Positions 26,607 through 36,280 of a stretch of 45,542 nt of DNA are shown piece after piece; position 1 is the stretch's first letter; each line of letters starts with the position of its first letter. This DNA comes from a virus (taxonomy: Duplodnaviria; Heunggongvirae; Uroviricota; Caudoviricetes). The stretch spans positions 1-45,542 of IMG/VR virus record IMGVR_UViG_2671181054_000005. One strand, 5' to 3'. The notes below the pieces were generated by a model that saw nothing but the letters and a program-made list of their open reading frames with translations, did no database searches and was not told where the DNA came from. A program made the position numbers and the translations under genes.

Positions 26607-27056
26607 ATGCCACGTTATCGTCGCGTTAATATCGACGGTCAGTCTCTGTACAAGACCGAAACCCGCACTACGGCCGCCGCGCTGCTTCCCGGTACTGCGG
26701 CAACTATCAACTCATCCGATAAATTCGCTCAGGCCACCGCGCTAACCGGTCGCCTGTACATCATCGATGTTGGTTACCACCAGGGCCTGACCATCACTGA
26801 ATCAATCCCTGCCGGTGATTCTGCTGTCGGCAACTACGTCGAAGAAGGTCGTGAGCTGGCGCTGCGCTGCCTGCCTGGTGCGTATAAGAAAGACAGTCCG
26901 ATCAAGCTGGGTACTGCCGGTCAGTTTACCCTGGCAACCGATGATACTGATTCAGTGATCGGCTACAGCCAGGATGAATACACCATCGCGGCCAGCACCA
27001 CTGACTTCATTCGCGTGCGTATGCGCGTTGGCACTGTCGCCGCAGCTGGCGCGTAA
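26607..27056 (+). CDS. Putative head decoration / structural protein
   Basis: 149 aa, ATG with AAGGAG Shine-Dalgarno; immediately upstream of major capsid gene. Confidence 0.4.
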   Translation: MPRYRRVNIDGQSLYKTETRTTAAALLPGTAATINSSDKFAQATALTGRLYIIDVGYHQGLTITESIPAGDSAVGNYVEEGRELALRCLPGAYKKDSPIKLGTAGQFTLATDDTDSVIGYSQDEYTIAASTTDFIRVRMRVGTVAAAGA

Positions 27057-27073
27057 CAAAAGGACAAACACAT

Positions 27074-28150
27074 ATGTACTTCTCTAAAGAGACGCTGGCG
27101 ACTAACTCCCGCCTCGGCGGGCACTGGAGCGAACTGTGGGCAAACCGCAACATGTGGAACCTTCAGAACGATTCCATCATCGCGGCTAACCGCGCAATCA
27201 TGACGCCTGACATGCTGGCATGTAACGCCGTTGGCGGTTTCTCCCGTGACTTCTGGGCTGAGATTGACAATCAGGTGCTGCAACTGCGCGATCAGGAAGT
27301 TGGCATGGAAATCGTGAACGACCTGATCGGCGTTCAGACCGTGCTGCCGGTCGGTAAAACCGCCAAGCTGTATAACGTCGTTGGCGACATCGCTGACGAC
27401 GTGTCAGTAAGCATCGATGGTCAGGCGCCGTTCTCCTTCGATCACACCGACTACGCGAGCGACGGTGACCCGATTCCGGTGTTCACTGCTGGTTACGGTG
27501 TTAACTGGCGTCATGCTGCTGGTCTGAACTCTGTTGGCATTGACTTGGTGCTGGACTCGCAGATGGCGAAGATGCGCAAGTTCAACCAGAAGCGCGTTAA
27601 CTACTACCTGAACGGCGATTCAAAAATTCAGGTTCAGTCCTACCCGGCGCAGGGCATCAAGAACCACCGCAACACCAAGAAGATTAACCTCGGTTCTGGT
27701 GCTGGTGGTGCGAACATCGACCTGACAACCGCTGACATGACCGCGATCTTTGCATTCTTCGGTAAAGGCGCATTCGGCACCACCGCACGCACGAACAAAG
27801 TCGCCGCCTACGATGTGATGTGGGTTTCCCCGGAAATCTGGGCAAACCTGGCGCAGCCGTACGTGGTGAATGGCGTCGTAAGCGGCACTGTGTTGCAGGC
27901 TGTTCTGCCTTTCGCGCCGGTGAAAGAAATCCGCATGAGCTTCGCACTGAGTGGTAACGAGTTTATCGCGTACGTTCGTCGTCGTGACGTGATCTCCCCA
28001 CTGGTTGGTATGGCTGTCGGCGTTGTTCCGCTGCCGCGCCCACTGCCTAACGTTAACTACAACTTCCAGATTATGTCTGCTGAAGGTCTGCAAATAACCG
28101 CAGACGATCAGGGCCTGTCTGGCGTTGTCTACGGCGCTAACCTGGCGTAA
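27074..28150 (+). CDS. Major capsid protein (putative)
   Basis: 358 aa, ATG with AAGGA Shine-Dalgarno; followed by tandem terminators typical of highly expressed capsid genes. Confidence 0.65.
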   Translation: MYFSKETLATNSRLGGHWSELWANRNMWNLQNDSIIAANRAIMTPDMLACNAVGGFSRDFWAEIDNQVLQLRDQEVGMEIVNDLIGVQTVLPVGKTAKLYNVVGDIADDVSVSIDGQAPFSFDHTDYASDGDPIPVFTAGYGVNWRHAAGLNSVGIDLVLDSQMAKMRKFNQKRVNYYLNGDSKIQVQSYPAQGIKNHRNTKKINLGSGAGGANIDLTTADMTAIFAFFGKGAFGTTARTNKVAAYDVMWVSPEIWANLAQPYVVNGVVSGTVLQAVLPFAPVKEIRMSFALSGNEFIAYVRRRDVISPLVGMAVGVVPLPRPLPNVNYNFQIMSAEGLQITADDQGLSGVVYGANLA

Positions 28151-28159
28151 GGAAACAGC

Positions 28160-28453
28160 ATGGCTAAATACGAAGTTGTGCGCCCATGGTTCGGCGTGAA
28201 GATTGGCGACGTGGTGGAGTTGAAAGAGCTTCACCCGGCGCTGAAGTCTAACGTCCGGCTGATGAAAGGCGAGGCTGGTGGCGAGCTGAAACCTGCAACA
28301 CCTGATGCCGGTACCGGTGAGAAATCACGCAAAGAGGCTATCCAGGCTCGTTTGACTGAGCTGGGCATCGAGTTCAAAGGCAATCTGGGCGAAGAAAAGC
28401 TCAGTGAGCTGTTGCCTGACGGTGAGCTCGAAAAGCTTTTCCCTGCTGAATAA
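28160..28453 (+). CDS. Hypothetical head-associated protein
   Basis: 97 aa, ATG with AAGGAAA Shine-Dalgarno. Confidence 0.45.
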   Translation: MAKYEVVRPWFGVKIGDVVELKELHPALKSNVRLMKGEAGGELKPATPDAGTGEKSRKEAIQARLTELGIEFKGNLGEEKLSELLPDGELEKLFPAE

Positions 28454-28455
28454 CA

Positions 28456-28479
28456 GCCGCCGCTAAGGCGGTTTTTTTA
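28456..28479 (+). terminator. Intrinsic terminator after capsid genes (a second hairpin follows at 28482-28497)
   Basis: Hairpin CCGCC-GCTAA-GGCGG plus TTTTTTT; second hairpin CCCCGC-TCCG-GCGGGG. Confidence 0.65.
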
Positions 28480-28515
28480 TGCCCCGCTCCGGCGGGGTAT
28501 TTCACGGAGTCGATA

Positions 28516-28917
28516 ATGGTAACTCTCGAACAGGCGAAGGAGTATCTGGAGAGCCAGGGAATTACCATTCCCGATTTTGTTCTTCAGGCTCTCGTCGACC
28601 AGGCCAACAGCATTCAGGAGTGTCTCGATGCGCATTATCCGGCATCGACCTCGCTGTTGATTCAGCTCTATCTGCTGGCGCTTATGGGGCTCGGGCAGGG
28701 GGACAAATACATCTCCAGCCAGACGGCTCCAAGCGGGGCGTCCCGCTCTTTCCGGTACCAGTCGTTCACCGACCGCTGGAAAGCATCAGTGAACCTGTTG
28801 CGGGGGCTGGATAAGTACGGTTGTGCAACCTCCCTTATTCCTGCCGACCCTACCGCCACCCCGGCATTCGCTGGTATCTGGATCGGTAAGGGCGGCTGCA
28901 TGTGCGGGGATAAGTGA
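28516..28917 (+). CDS. Head-tail connector / adaptor protein (gp6-like, putative)
   Basis: 133 aa; N-terminal VTLEQAKEYL pattern common in head-tail connector proteins; position after capsid. Confidence 0.45.
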   Translation: MVTLEQAKEYLESQGITIPDFVLQALVDQANSIQECLDAHYPASTSLLIQLYLLALMGLGQGDKYISSQTAPSGASRSFRYQSFTDRWKASVNLLRGLDKYGCATSLIPADPTATPAFAGIWIGKGGCMCGDK

Positions 28918-29090
28918 TGACGTATAAATCAGTGACGGAAGGCAAGCCGAAGCCGCTCACTCGCGTATGGGTTGAAACCGACACCCGGCGGGAGACTACC
29001 GCCTACGTGAAATCGGACGGCGAGTGGCATATAAACTGCCCGCGCATACGGGCTACTGGCGCGAAGGTGTTGAGGTGGAAAGATGGCTGA
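28917..29090 (+). CDS. Small hypothetical protein (57 aa)
   Basis: Not in ORF track; ATG overlaps upstream stop (TGATG); stop overlaps next start. Confidence 0.3.
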   Translation: MTYKSVTEGKPKPLTRVWVETDTRRETTAYVKSDGEWHINCPRIRATGAKVLRWKDG

Positions 29091-29316
29091 ACGATACGAT
29101 GCGCATGCCTTTAAGTGCGAAGACAACTGGTCGCTGTTCATCTGGATGAACGACTCCGGAGTTAAGTTTATTGGCCGCCATGCTGAAACTTACGAGAAAG
29201 CCAAAGCTGACTTTCTGGAGCAGGCTGATGCTAAGCGCCTCGCCAGTCAATCAGGCTCGATGCGGCCTCTTGATGATTTCAGAATCGTTGAGAAGGTGGA
29301 GGTATTCACTCTATGA
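29083..29316 (+). CDS. Hypothetical protein
   Basis: 77 aa, ATG start, translationally coupled in the head-tail joining cluster. Confidence 0.4.
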   Translation: MAERYDAHAFKCEDNWSLFIWMNDSGVKFIGRHAETYEKAKADFLEQADAKRLASQSGSMRPLDDFRIVEKVEVFTL

Positions 29317-29663
29317 GCAGCGTGGCCAACTGGTCTTACACCGCCACGGCGACAATCTGGCGAAAGCTGGAAGGCAATGACGAATACGGCGATCCGCTGG
29401 GTTATGCCGAACCTGAGCAAATCCTCTGTGATTACGAGGGCGGGCTCAGCAAGAAGTTAGCCAGCCTGGGCGCTGAAATCGTCGTGAAAAATACCGTCTG
29501 GACGGAGTTCGCGCTGGCGGCCGCGGGGGATTACCTGCTGATTGGTGTATCGACTGAAGAAGACCCGGTTGTGGCCGGTGCCGACGAGGTGAGGCAAGTT
29601 ATTCGCTATGCCGACACGTTCGAGCGCCTGGCGGATGATTACGCCATCCTGACGGGAGTGTAG
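29313..29663 (+). CDS. Head closure / head-tail joining protein (putative)
   Basis: 116 aa, ATG with GGTGGAGG Shine-Dalgarno; position. Confidence 0.45.
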   Translation: MSSVANWSYTATATIWRKLEGNDEYGDPLGYAEPEQILCDYEGGLSKKLASLGAEIVVKNTVWTEFALAAAGDYLLIGVSTEEDPVVAGADEVRQVIRYADTFERLADDYAILTGV

Positions 29664-29665
29664 CC

Positions 29666-30130
29666 ATGGGCATAAAAGTGAAGGGCATCAGCCAGGCGAA
29701 GAAGCACCTGAACGATGTCATCAACGACGTTAAGGGCCGTAAGGTAATTCGCGCGTTGCAGTCAGCGATGATGCTTATCGGTACCCGGGCGGCATATTAC
29801 ACCCCGATCGACACCTCTACCTTGGTTAACAGCCAGTTCCGTGAAATCGACGCTGGCGGGGTGCTCATCACCGGGCGCATCGGTTACTCAGCCAACTATG
29901 CCGCGTACGTGCACGAGGCGTCAGGCAAGCTGAAAGGCCAGCCGCGCGCGCATTTTGGTGTGACCAGTAACCGGTCTGAGTTCGGCCCGCAGAAACCGAA
30001 AGAATTCGGTGGCGGGACAGGAAAGGGCAACTACTGGGATCCGCATGGTGAGCCGCAATTCCTGACCAAAGGCGCAAATGACGAGCGCGATAACGTTGAC
30101 GCGGTGATGCGCAAGGAGCTTTCGCTATGA
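29666..30130 (+). CDS. Tail component (HK97 gp10-like, putative)
   Basis: 154 aa, ATG with GGGAG Shine-Dalgarno; position between head closure and tail genes. Confidence 0.45.
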   Translation: MGIKVKGISQAKKHLNDVINDVKGRKVIRALQSAMMLIGTRAAYYTPIDTSTLVNSQFREIDAGGVLITGRIGYSANYAAYVHEASGKLKGQPRAHFGVTSNRSEFGPQKPKEFGGGTGKGNYWDPHGEPQFLTKGANDERDNVDAVMRKELSL

Positions 30131-30510
30131 CACCCATGATGCACGAGCGGGTGCGCAACATGTTCGGCGACGCCGGGCTAACGACCGGCTTCACGGTGCA
30201 GCAGTTGATGTACGACGACCCGGGCGACCAGTCGAAGGCGATCATGGTGTTCAGGCCAAACGGTGGTTCGAATATCCGCACTGATCTTGGCTCTGAGTAC
30301 CACGTCTTGGTCGACGTTGTCGGCGCGAAAGATAAGCGCAGAGACGCGCTCAATGCAGTGCAGCGTATCGTCGATTATGTCCAGGCTAACCCAATGGCTG
30401 ACGAATGCGTCGGCTACATCCAGAACATGGGCGCAATTCCCGCGCCGGTGCTCACAGAAGAAGGGCGAATAGTCTTCCGACTCCAGTTCGCCTGCACTTA
30501 CGGCGAATAG
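30127..30510 (+). CDS. Tail completion / terminator protein (putative)
   Basis: 127 aa, ATGA overlap with upstream gene; immediately upstream of major tail gene. Confidence 0.45.
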   Translation: MTPMMHERVRNMFGDAGLTTGFTVQQLMYDDPGDQSKAIMVFRPNGGSNIRTDLGSEYHVLVDVVGAKDKRRDALNAVQRIVDYVQANPMADECVGYIQNMGAIPAPVLTEEGRIVFRLQFACTYGE

Positions 30511-30527
30511 CCATCCCAACCAAATAA

Positions 30528-30550
30528 CCCGCTCCGGCGGGTTTTCTTTT
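30528..30550 (+). terminator. Intrinsic terminator
   Basis: Hairpin CCCGC-TCCG-GCGGG followed by TTTTCTTTT. Confidence 0.6.
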
Positions 30551-30572
30551 ATACGTCAAAGAGGAGTTTCAC

Positions 30573-31316
30573 ATGGCTAATTGCCAGAACTCGAACGAGC
30601 GCCTGTTCGGCGGTGCGGTCGTGCTGGAAGTCGCCGATGGCTGCCCTGACGTCAAGCCACTTGAATCTGAGTGGATGGCGCTGGCGGCTGGTACGTCGAA
30701 GGGCTTCGACTTCAACCCGAACTCGGTTACCTCTGATGCAGATGACGGCGGCGGCTATGTCGAGACCATCATCACCAACAGTGACTTCACCCTGAGCTTT
30801 GAAGGCGAAGTGCGCAAGAAGGACAAGCTGGATCAGTACGGTGTCGGTAAGTTCATCAAGTATTTTGCTGATGAACTGAAGGCCAAGCGCCAGCCCGGTA
30901 TCTGGGTGCGCATGGACTACGGCCCGGTCGAATTCATCGGCTACATGAATATCACGGCGCTGAGCTCTGACGGTGGCACGAACGATATCGTCACGTTCTC
31001 CACTGAGTTCAAAGTCGGCGACGCTAGCACCATCGAAGTGAACGAAATCACTGCGGTAGCGGTGACTGGCGTGACGGTAACACCGGCAACCAGCACTGGC
31101 GCGGCGGGTGGTACCAGCACCTTCACGGTGAATATCGCACCAACCGGCGCAACAAACACAGGCTTCACCGTTGCATCAACTGATCCAGCCAAAGCCACTG
31201 CCACAGCATCCGGTACCACCGTCACGGTGAACCGCGTCGCCACCGGCAGCGCGCAGATCATCATCAATACCGAAGACGGCAACTTTGTGGCCGTGCATAC
31301 GGTTACCGTTACCTAA
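30573..31316 (+). CDS. Major tail protein with C-terminal Ig-like (Big_2-type) domain
   Basis: 247 aa, ATG with AAGAGGAG Shine-Dalgarno; C-terminal Thr/Val/Ala-rich TVT repeats typical of Ig-like domains. Confidence 0.65.
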   Translation: MANCQNSNERLFGGAVVLEVADGCPDVKPLESEWMALAAGTSKGFDFNPNSVTSDADDGGGYVETIITNSDFTLSFEGEVRKKDKLDQYGVGKFIKYFADELKAKRQPGIWVRMDYGPVEFIGYMNITALSSDGGTNDIVTFSTEFKVGDASTIEVNEITAVAVTGVTVTPATSTGAAGGTSTFTVNIAPTGATNTGFTVASTDPAKATATASGTTVTVNRVATGSAQIIINTEDGNFVAVHTVTVT

Positions 31317-31373
31317 CGGACATTCCAAAGGGCGGCGTGCTGCCCTTGATAATGACCGTTTACTGGAAGGCAT

Positions 31374-32042
31374 ATGACCGCTTTAACCGATATTGGCGAA
31401 CTCTCTATCAGCGACAGCCGCGCAGGCGGTAAAGACTACCTGCTCAGGCCCTCATTCGAGGCTATGACGAGGATCGGCGCTCCAGAGGAGATTGTGCAGG
31501 CGTATGCCACCATCCACGGCAAAGACGTCGCACAGCTGGTTGAGGTGTGCGCTGGCATGCTGGGGCGCTTTCCTGAATGGCTATCACCTTCATTCAACCG
31601 TGCAGCCGAGAAGCTGTTATCGACGTGCATGCTTGTGCTACAGGCGTGCTGTGAGGACGACCTGACGCCAATGATCGGCGAATGGAAAGGATGGCGGCAT
31701 TGTGTCGTCTACCGCCCGGGCCAGATGCCTAAGAACGACATTATCGTACTGGCGCAGCACCTCATGCAGCACGGCATCGTCGGAAAGGCAAAGGTTCGCC
31801 AGTTGCAGCGCCACGAGACTGGCGAGCGCACTACGGAGTTCAAAGCCTTCGACTACATCAGCGCAGCACGTAGTCACTTTGGAATGAACCGCGCCGAAGC
31901 CTCTCAGTTAACGATGACCGAATTTCAGATGCTGCTGGCGGCGAAATACCCCGATCAGAAAGGTTTCACTCGCGATGAGTATGACAGCATCGCCGACGAA
32001 TACCTGGCTAAACAGGCTGCACGTAGAAAGAAAGCCCAATAA
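31374..32042 (+). CDS. Tail assembly chaperone (putative)
   Basis: 222 aa, ATG with GGAAGG Shine-Dalgarno; lies between major tail and tape measure genes; no frameshift extension identified. Confidence 0.45.
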   Translation: MTALTDIGELSISDSRAGGKDYLLRPSFEAMTRIGAPEEIVQAYATIHGKDVAQLVEVCAGMLGRFPEWLSPSFNRAAEKLLSTCMLVLQACCEDDLTPMIGEWKGWRHCVVYRPGQMPKNDIIVLAQHLMQHGIVGKAKVRQLQRHETGERTTEFKAFDYISAARSHFGMNRAEASQLTMTEFQMLLAAKYPDQKGFTRDEYDSIADEYLAKQAARRKKAQ

Positions 32043-32055
32043 ATTGGGCTCTATT

Positions 32056-32268
32056 TTAGAAAACCAACGTCAAATGCTCTCTACCAATCCGGGCTAAATC
32101 ACTGACGTTCATTGGTACTCGGCCCCTAACGTCGATTTTAATGTGACCACCGGCATTAGCTACGGTTCTTATTAAGTCAGAAATATTCATTGGAATTGCA
32201 CAATCGGCAGTAATTTCTATATGAACTCCAGTTCTGGCTATATCACTAATATTCATTGGTAACGGCAT
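32056..32268 (-). CDS. Small repeat-containing protein encoded antisense within the tail module
   Basis: 70 aa, ATG at 32268 with GGAGGA Shine-Dalgarno; three in-frame peptide repeats PMN(I/V)SD(I/L)xR; AT-rich. Confidence 0.4.
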   Translation of the reverse strand: MPLPMNISDIARTGVHIEITADCAIPMNISDLIRTVANAGGHIKIDVRGRVPMNVSDLARIGREHLTLVF

Positions 32269-32382
32269 AAATCCTCCATTGTTTTAAAAACAGCAATCAT
32301 TTCAGCACGTTCATTACTTTTCTATTGTGATGAGCCTTAAGATTCAGCGAAATACCATCGTCAGTACTATTTGGAGAATGAC

Positions 32383-35313
32383 ATGGCTGGTGAGAAGAAC
32401 GCCGGTAGCATCGTTTATGAAATCAGCGCTGACGTTGAGCCGCTGCTGCAGGGCGGGAAGCAGGCCATTGATGCTCTGGATAAATTGGATGCGGCAGCTC
32501 AGCAGTCCGGCAAGGGAATGGATAACCTCGATCAAAGCACGTCTCAAACCGGATCCGCGTTTACTGAACTGGCTGGTTATGCCAACTCGATGGATAACCA
32601 ACTGCGCAAGCTTAACACCAATGTGAGCGGGATCGCCCGCGCAATGGAAGAGGCCCGCAGCGGGACCGGTGGCGCCAACAGTGAGTTCAATCGCGCTGAA
32701 TCCATCATCGAGGCGCTGGGTAACCAACTCGCTGTGCTGGACGAAGCACAGGAGAATGGCGCTCGCAGTGCTGCCGTTCTGGCTGCCCAGTTGCGCGCCG
32801 GGTCAAAAGCGACCGATGAAGAGAAGCAGAAGATCGGCGAATTGACCGGCCGACTGTATGACATGAAAACAGGCGTGGAAACCGGAGCGAAAGGAACTGG
32901 AGCCTGGAAAAACAGCATGCAACAGGCTGGGTACCAGGTTCAGGACTTTATCATTCAGGTTCAGGGCGGCCAGTCCGCGCTGGTAGCGTTTGCACAGCAG
33001 GGCTCTCAACTTGCCGGTGCATTCGGGCCGGGTGGTGCGGTAATTGGTTCTGTTATCGCACTGAGTTCTGTCCTGGCCGGTGTGCTCATCACTTCTCTGA
33101 ATGGCGGCAAGAACGCCATGGATGCGCTGAAAGACGCAGCCGAGGCGATGGACAAGGTCATTACCATTTCCCAAAATGGCGTGGCCGCTCTGTCTGATAA
33201 ATACGCATTGCTCGCGAAAACGAATACCGAAGTAGCAACGCTGATGCGTAACCAGGCACTGCTGGAATACAACGAGGCTATCAACAAGATACCGAAGGCG
33301 ATTAGCGATGCTTCGAGCTCGTTACTTTCCTTCGGCGATAAGGCACTTTCTGCATTTTCCGGTGGTTATGCGTCAGTCGATGGCTTTAACGATCGTCTGG
33401 CTACTCTTGAAATCACCACGGATAACTATTCCGAGGCGATGAAGCAGGCATACGGTGCCGGGCAGGCATTCCAGGCGACCGCAAACAGCATTGGCAACAC
33501 CGTCGGAGCCGTTGCCGACAAGTTCGGGATATCAGAGCAGAAAGCCTTCGAGTTCAGCAAGCAACTTTCCGATATTGCCAAAAACCCAACACCGGAAGCC
33601 CTGCAGCGACTTGCTACTGAACTGCAGAACACTCAGAGCTCAACCGAGAAAGGGCAGACTGCGCTCACGGCATTTGTTGGGAAACTGGTTGAGTTATCAC
33701 GTGAAGCCGTCATTGCTAAAGGTAATGTTGCTGCTCTGAAGCAGGAAACGGATAACCTTACCGCCGGGCAGAAGAACCTTATCAAGCAGTCAGAGCGTAA
33801 CCTTGCGCTGTCAAAACTGCAGGGTGAGGCTCGCGCCCGACTTCAGGCGCAATATGCCGCTGAAGATGCGGGGTTTGCAAAAGATGATCCGCACGCCAAA
33901 CAAATGGAAAATGACGCTGCCGCTACGTACAAAAATACGCAGGCGCAGAAGACACTTCAGTCCGAGCAGAAGAAAGGTGCTTCCCAGGCTGATTCTATTG
34001 CTCAGAAACTGGCGAACCTGAAACAGCAATCAGAGCTCGCTGCCGACTCAACAAGCAAGCTGAGCCGGGAACAAGCGATCCTGAATGCTCAGCAGTCACT
34101 TGGTAAAGGCGCAACGAAGGAGCAGATCGCGCTGGCTGGGCAGTACGCCGCAACAAAATGGGACACTGCTAACGCCATTAAAGCGCAAGCGGCAGCTGAG
34201 AAGCTTCTCCCTGAGGCGCGTGAGAATGCCAGTTACAAGCAGGATGTAGAGGATCTGAACACCGCTCTGGCTGCGAAGAAAATCAGTCAGGAGCAGTTCA
34301 ATCAGACTTCCGAGCGACTGGAGGCAACTCACCAGGCAAACCTCGCCAAAATCCGCGCCCAGCAGGCTGTGACGCCACAGCAGGATGCAGTCGGTGGAGT
34401 TGACCCTGTTCAGCAACTTGCTAACGAGAACGCTCGCAAGCTAGCGCTCATTCAGGCATTCGAACAGCAGGGGCTTATCACTCACCAGAATGCGCTCATG
34501 CTGCGCGCTACAGCTGACAAGGAGTATGAGCAGGCTCGCATCGCTGCCCAATGGGAGATCTTCCGCAATCAGAGCGCAGGTAATGAAGCACTGGCGGCGT
34601 CCTTCGATGCACTGGCCGGTAATGCGTCCAACGCCTTAACCGGCATCATTACCGGGAGCATGTCAGCGTCTGATGCCCTGCGCTCGATCGGGAATACCGT
34701 ACTGAACAGCCTCATCAACACCTTCGTTCAGATGGGCGTTGAGTGGGTGAAGTCAGCCATCATGGGGCAGACGGCCACCACTGCTGCAGTTGCAGCATCG
34801 ACCACTGCTCAGGCGGCAGGCATTGCCACTACCACGGCGACGTCTACCGCGGCGGCGGCGGCTACGACAGCGGCCTGGACTCCGGCAGCCATTATGTCAT
34901 CCATCGCCTCATTCGGTGGTGCGGTGGCGATCGGCATCGGAGCTATGGCTGGCATCCTGGCGCTGTCTGGCAAGCGAAAGAACGGCGGGCCCGTTTCGGC
35001 TGGCGGAATGTACCAGGTCGGCGAAGGCGGGATGCCTGAGATTTACCAGGCCAGCACCGGAAAGCAGTACATGATACCGGGCGACAACGGTCGAGTGATC
35101 AGCAATAAGGACATGGCTTCAGGAGGTGGTGGCGGGGTGGTAATCAACATCCAGAACTACACGTCATCCTCGGTCGATGCGCAAGCTGGCACGGATGCCA
35201 ATGGGGGCGTGACCGTCGATGTCATCGTCGCTGACCTGAATAATGGCGGGCCGATTAGCAGCGGTATAACCAGCAACTTCAATGTCAAACGCAAGCCAAG
35301 GGGGCAGGGCTGA
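32383..35313 (+). CDS. Tail tape measure protein
   Basis: Track start is TTG 32371; ATG at 32383 with GGAGA Shine-Dalgarno; ~976 aa Ala/Gln-rich protein with hydrophobic Gly/Ala-rich segment near C-terminus. Confidence 0.85.
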   Translation: MAGEKNAGSIVYEISADVEPLLQGGKQAIDALDKLDAAAQQSGKGMDNLDQSTSQTGSAFTELAGYANSMDNQLRKLNTNVSGIARAMEEARSGTGGANSEFNRAESIIEALGNQLAVLDEAQENGARSAAVLAAQLRAGSKATDEEKQKIGELTGRLYDMKTGVETGAKGTGAWKNSMQQAGYQVQDFIIQVQGGQSALVAFAQQGSQLAGAFGPGGAVIGSVIALSSVLAGVLITSLNGGKNAMDALKDAAEAMDKVITISQNGVAALSDKYALLAKTNTEVATLMRNQALLEYNEAINKIPKAISDASSSLLSFGDKALSAFSGGYASVDGFNDRLATLEITTDNYSEAMKQAYGAGQAFQATANSIGNTVGAVADKFGISEQKAFEFSKQLSDIAKNPTPEALQRLATELQNTQSSTEKGQTALTAFVGKLVELSREAVIAKGNVAALKQETDNLTAGQKNLIKQSERNLALSKLQGEARARLQAQYAAEDAGFAKDDPHAKQMENDAAATYKNTQAQKTLQSEQKKGASQADSIAQKLANLKQQSELAADSTSKLSREQAILNAQQSLGKGATKEQIALAGQYAATKWDTANAIKAQAAAEKLLPEARENASYKQDVEDLNTALAAKKISQEQFNQTSERLEATHQANLAKIRAQQAVTPQQDAVGGVDPVQQLANENARKLALIQAFEQQGLITHQNALMLRATADKEYEQARIAAQWEIFRNQSAGNEALAASFDALAGNASNALTGIITGSMSASDALRSIGNTVLNSLINTFVQMGVEWVKSAIMGQTATTAAVAASTTAQAAGIATTTATSTAAAAATTAAWTPAAIMSSIASFGGAVAIGIGAMAGILALSGKRKNGGPVSAGGMYQVGEGGMPEIYQASTGKQYMIPGDNGRVISNKDMASGGGGGVVINIQNYTSSSVDAQAGTDANGGVTVDVIVADLNNGGPISSGITSNFNVKRKPRGQG

Positions 35314-35810
35314 TGCCAATTATAGACTATCCCGACTGGCTGCCGCTGGCGCAGAAGGCCAGCAAAAACATGACTCTCGATACCGGGTTCCAGGCCGATC
35401 AGCCAGCGGTCGGCCCGGCCATCTTCGAGAATCAAACCGACGACCTGAAAGTGACCTGGTCGCTGACGTGGATATTCACCCTGGCGCAGGAGCGCGCTTT
35501 CCAGCAGTGGCTGCGCAGCCCGAACTATCTCAACCGGGGCCTGAACTGGTTCCGGATGAATATCAACCTGGGCGGCAGTGGCCTCCAGCTGCAGGAGCTT
35601 CATTTCACGCAGATGCCGGTGCAAACCAGTATCGACGGCGGGGTGGTGACCTGGACGGGAACCGTTATTGCGAACCACCTCTACAATGCCGACGACGAAT
35701 TTGACGACATCATTGTTGAACTGCCGCCGCCGTGGGATTCCTGGCTGGATATCGTTGTCACTGGCTATCCGGACGGACGCGATCCTGAATCACTACCGAG
35801 GGTGCCGTAA
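35313..35810 (+). CDS. Minor tail protein (distal tail component, putative)
   Basis: 165 aa, ATG overlaps tape measure stop (TGATG). Confidence 0.55.
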   Translation: MPIIDYPDWLPLAQKASKNMTLDTGFQADQPAVGPAIFENQTDDLKVTWSLTWIFTLAQERAFQQWLRSPNYLNRGLNWFRMNINLGGSGLQLQELHFTQMPVQTSIDGGVVTWTGTVIANHLYNADDEFDDIIVELPPPWDSWLDIVVTGYPDGRDPESLPRVP

Positions 35811-36280
35811 TGCCGAGCTTCAGGGAGTATAAGCAGCAGCGGCCGACGCGCGGGCTGTACGACACCATCACGTTCTACCATCCATCCTTTGGCTACGTCC
35901 GCCTGGTCGACAAGCAGTTCTTTCCGAAGACGCTCGGCGGCCAGACGTATATGCCAGCGCGCTTTGAAATCGAAGAGAGCCAGCAGAGCGGCACGCCGGT
36001 GATCGACGCGACGGTGAAGTTAGGGCGGCTTTCGTCGGACATCAAAGCGCTGATGAAGCAGTGGAAGGGCGCGGCCCGGCTGACGGCCATCACGGCCACA
36101 AGGCAGATCTTCGATAGCGGGGACGTGTCTGTGCCGATTAAGTCCTGGCAGTTATACGTCAAGACAGTGGACATCGATGCTGACTCCGCGTCGGTCACTC
36201 TGTCCGTCACCAACCCGCTGAACAACAACATCGGAAGGCTCTATGACCCAACGGAATATACCGGCCTGCAGTACCTCTGA
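35810..36280 (+). CDS. Minor tail protein (putative)
   Basis: 156 aa, ATG overlaps upstream stop (TAATG), GAGGGTG Shine-Dalgarno. Confidence 0.55.
   Translation: MPSFREYKQQRPTRGLYDTITFYHPSFGYVRLVDKQFFPKTLGGQTYMPARFEIEESQQSGTPVIDATVKLGRLSSDIKALMKQWKGAARLTAITATRQIFDSGDVSVPIKSWQLYVKTVDIDADSASVTLSVTNPLNNNIGRLYDPTEYTGLQYL

Noticed and set aside
27620-28234. 204-aa minus-strand ORF inside the major capsid gene
   Set aside because: Antisense to the capsid gene, no Shine-Dalgarno, typical high-GC antisense artefact.
32043-32382. Programmed -1 frameshift extension of the tail assembly chaperone
   Set aside because: No plus-strand overlapping reading frame or obvious slippery heptamer at the chaperone 3' end; the space is occupied by an AT-rich insert with a minus-strand ORF.
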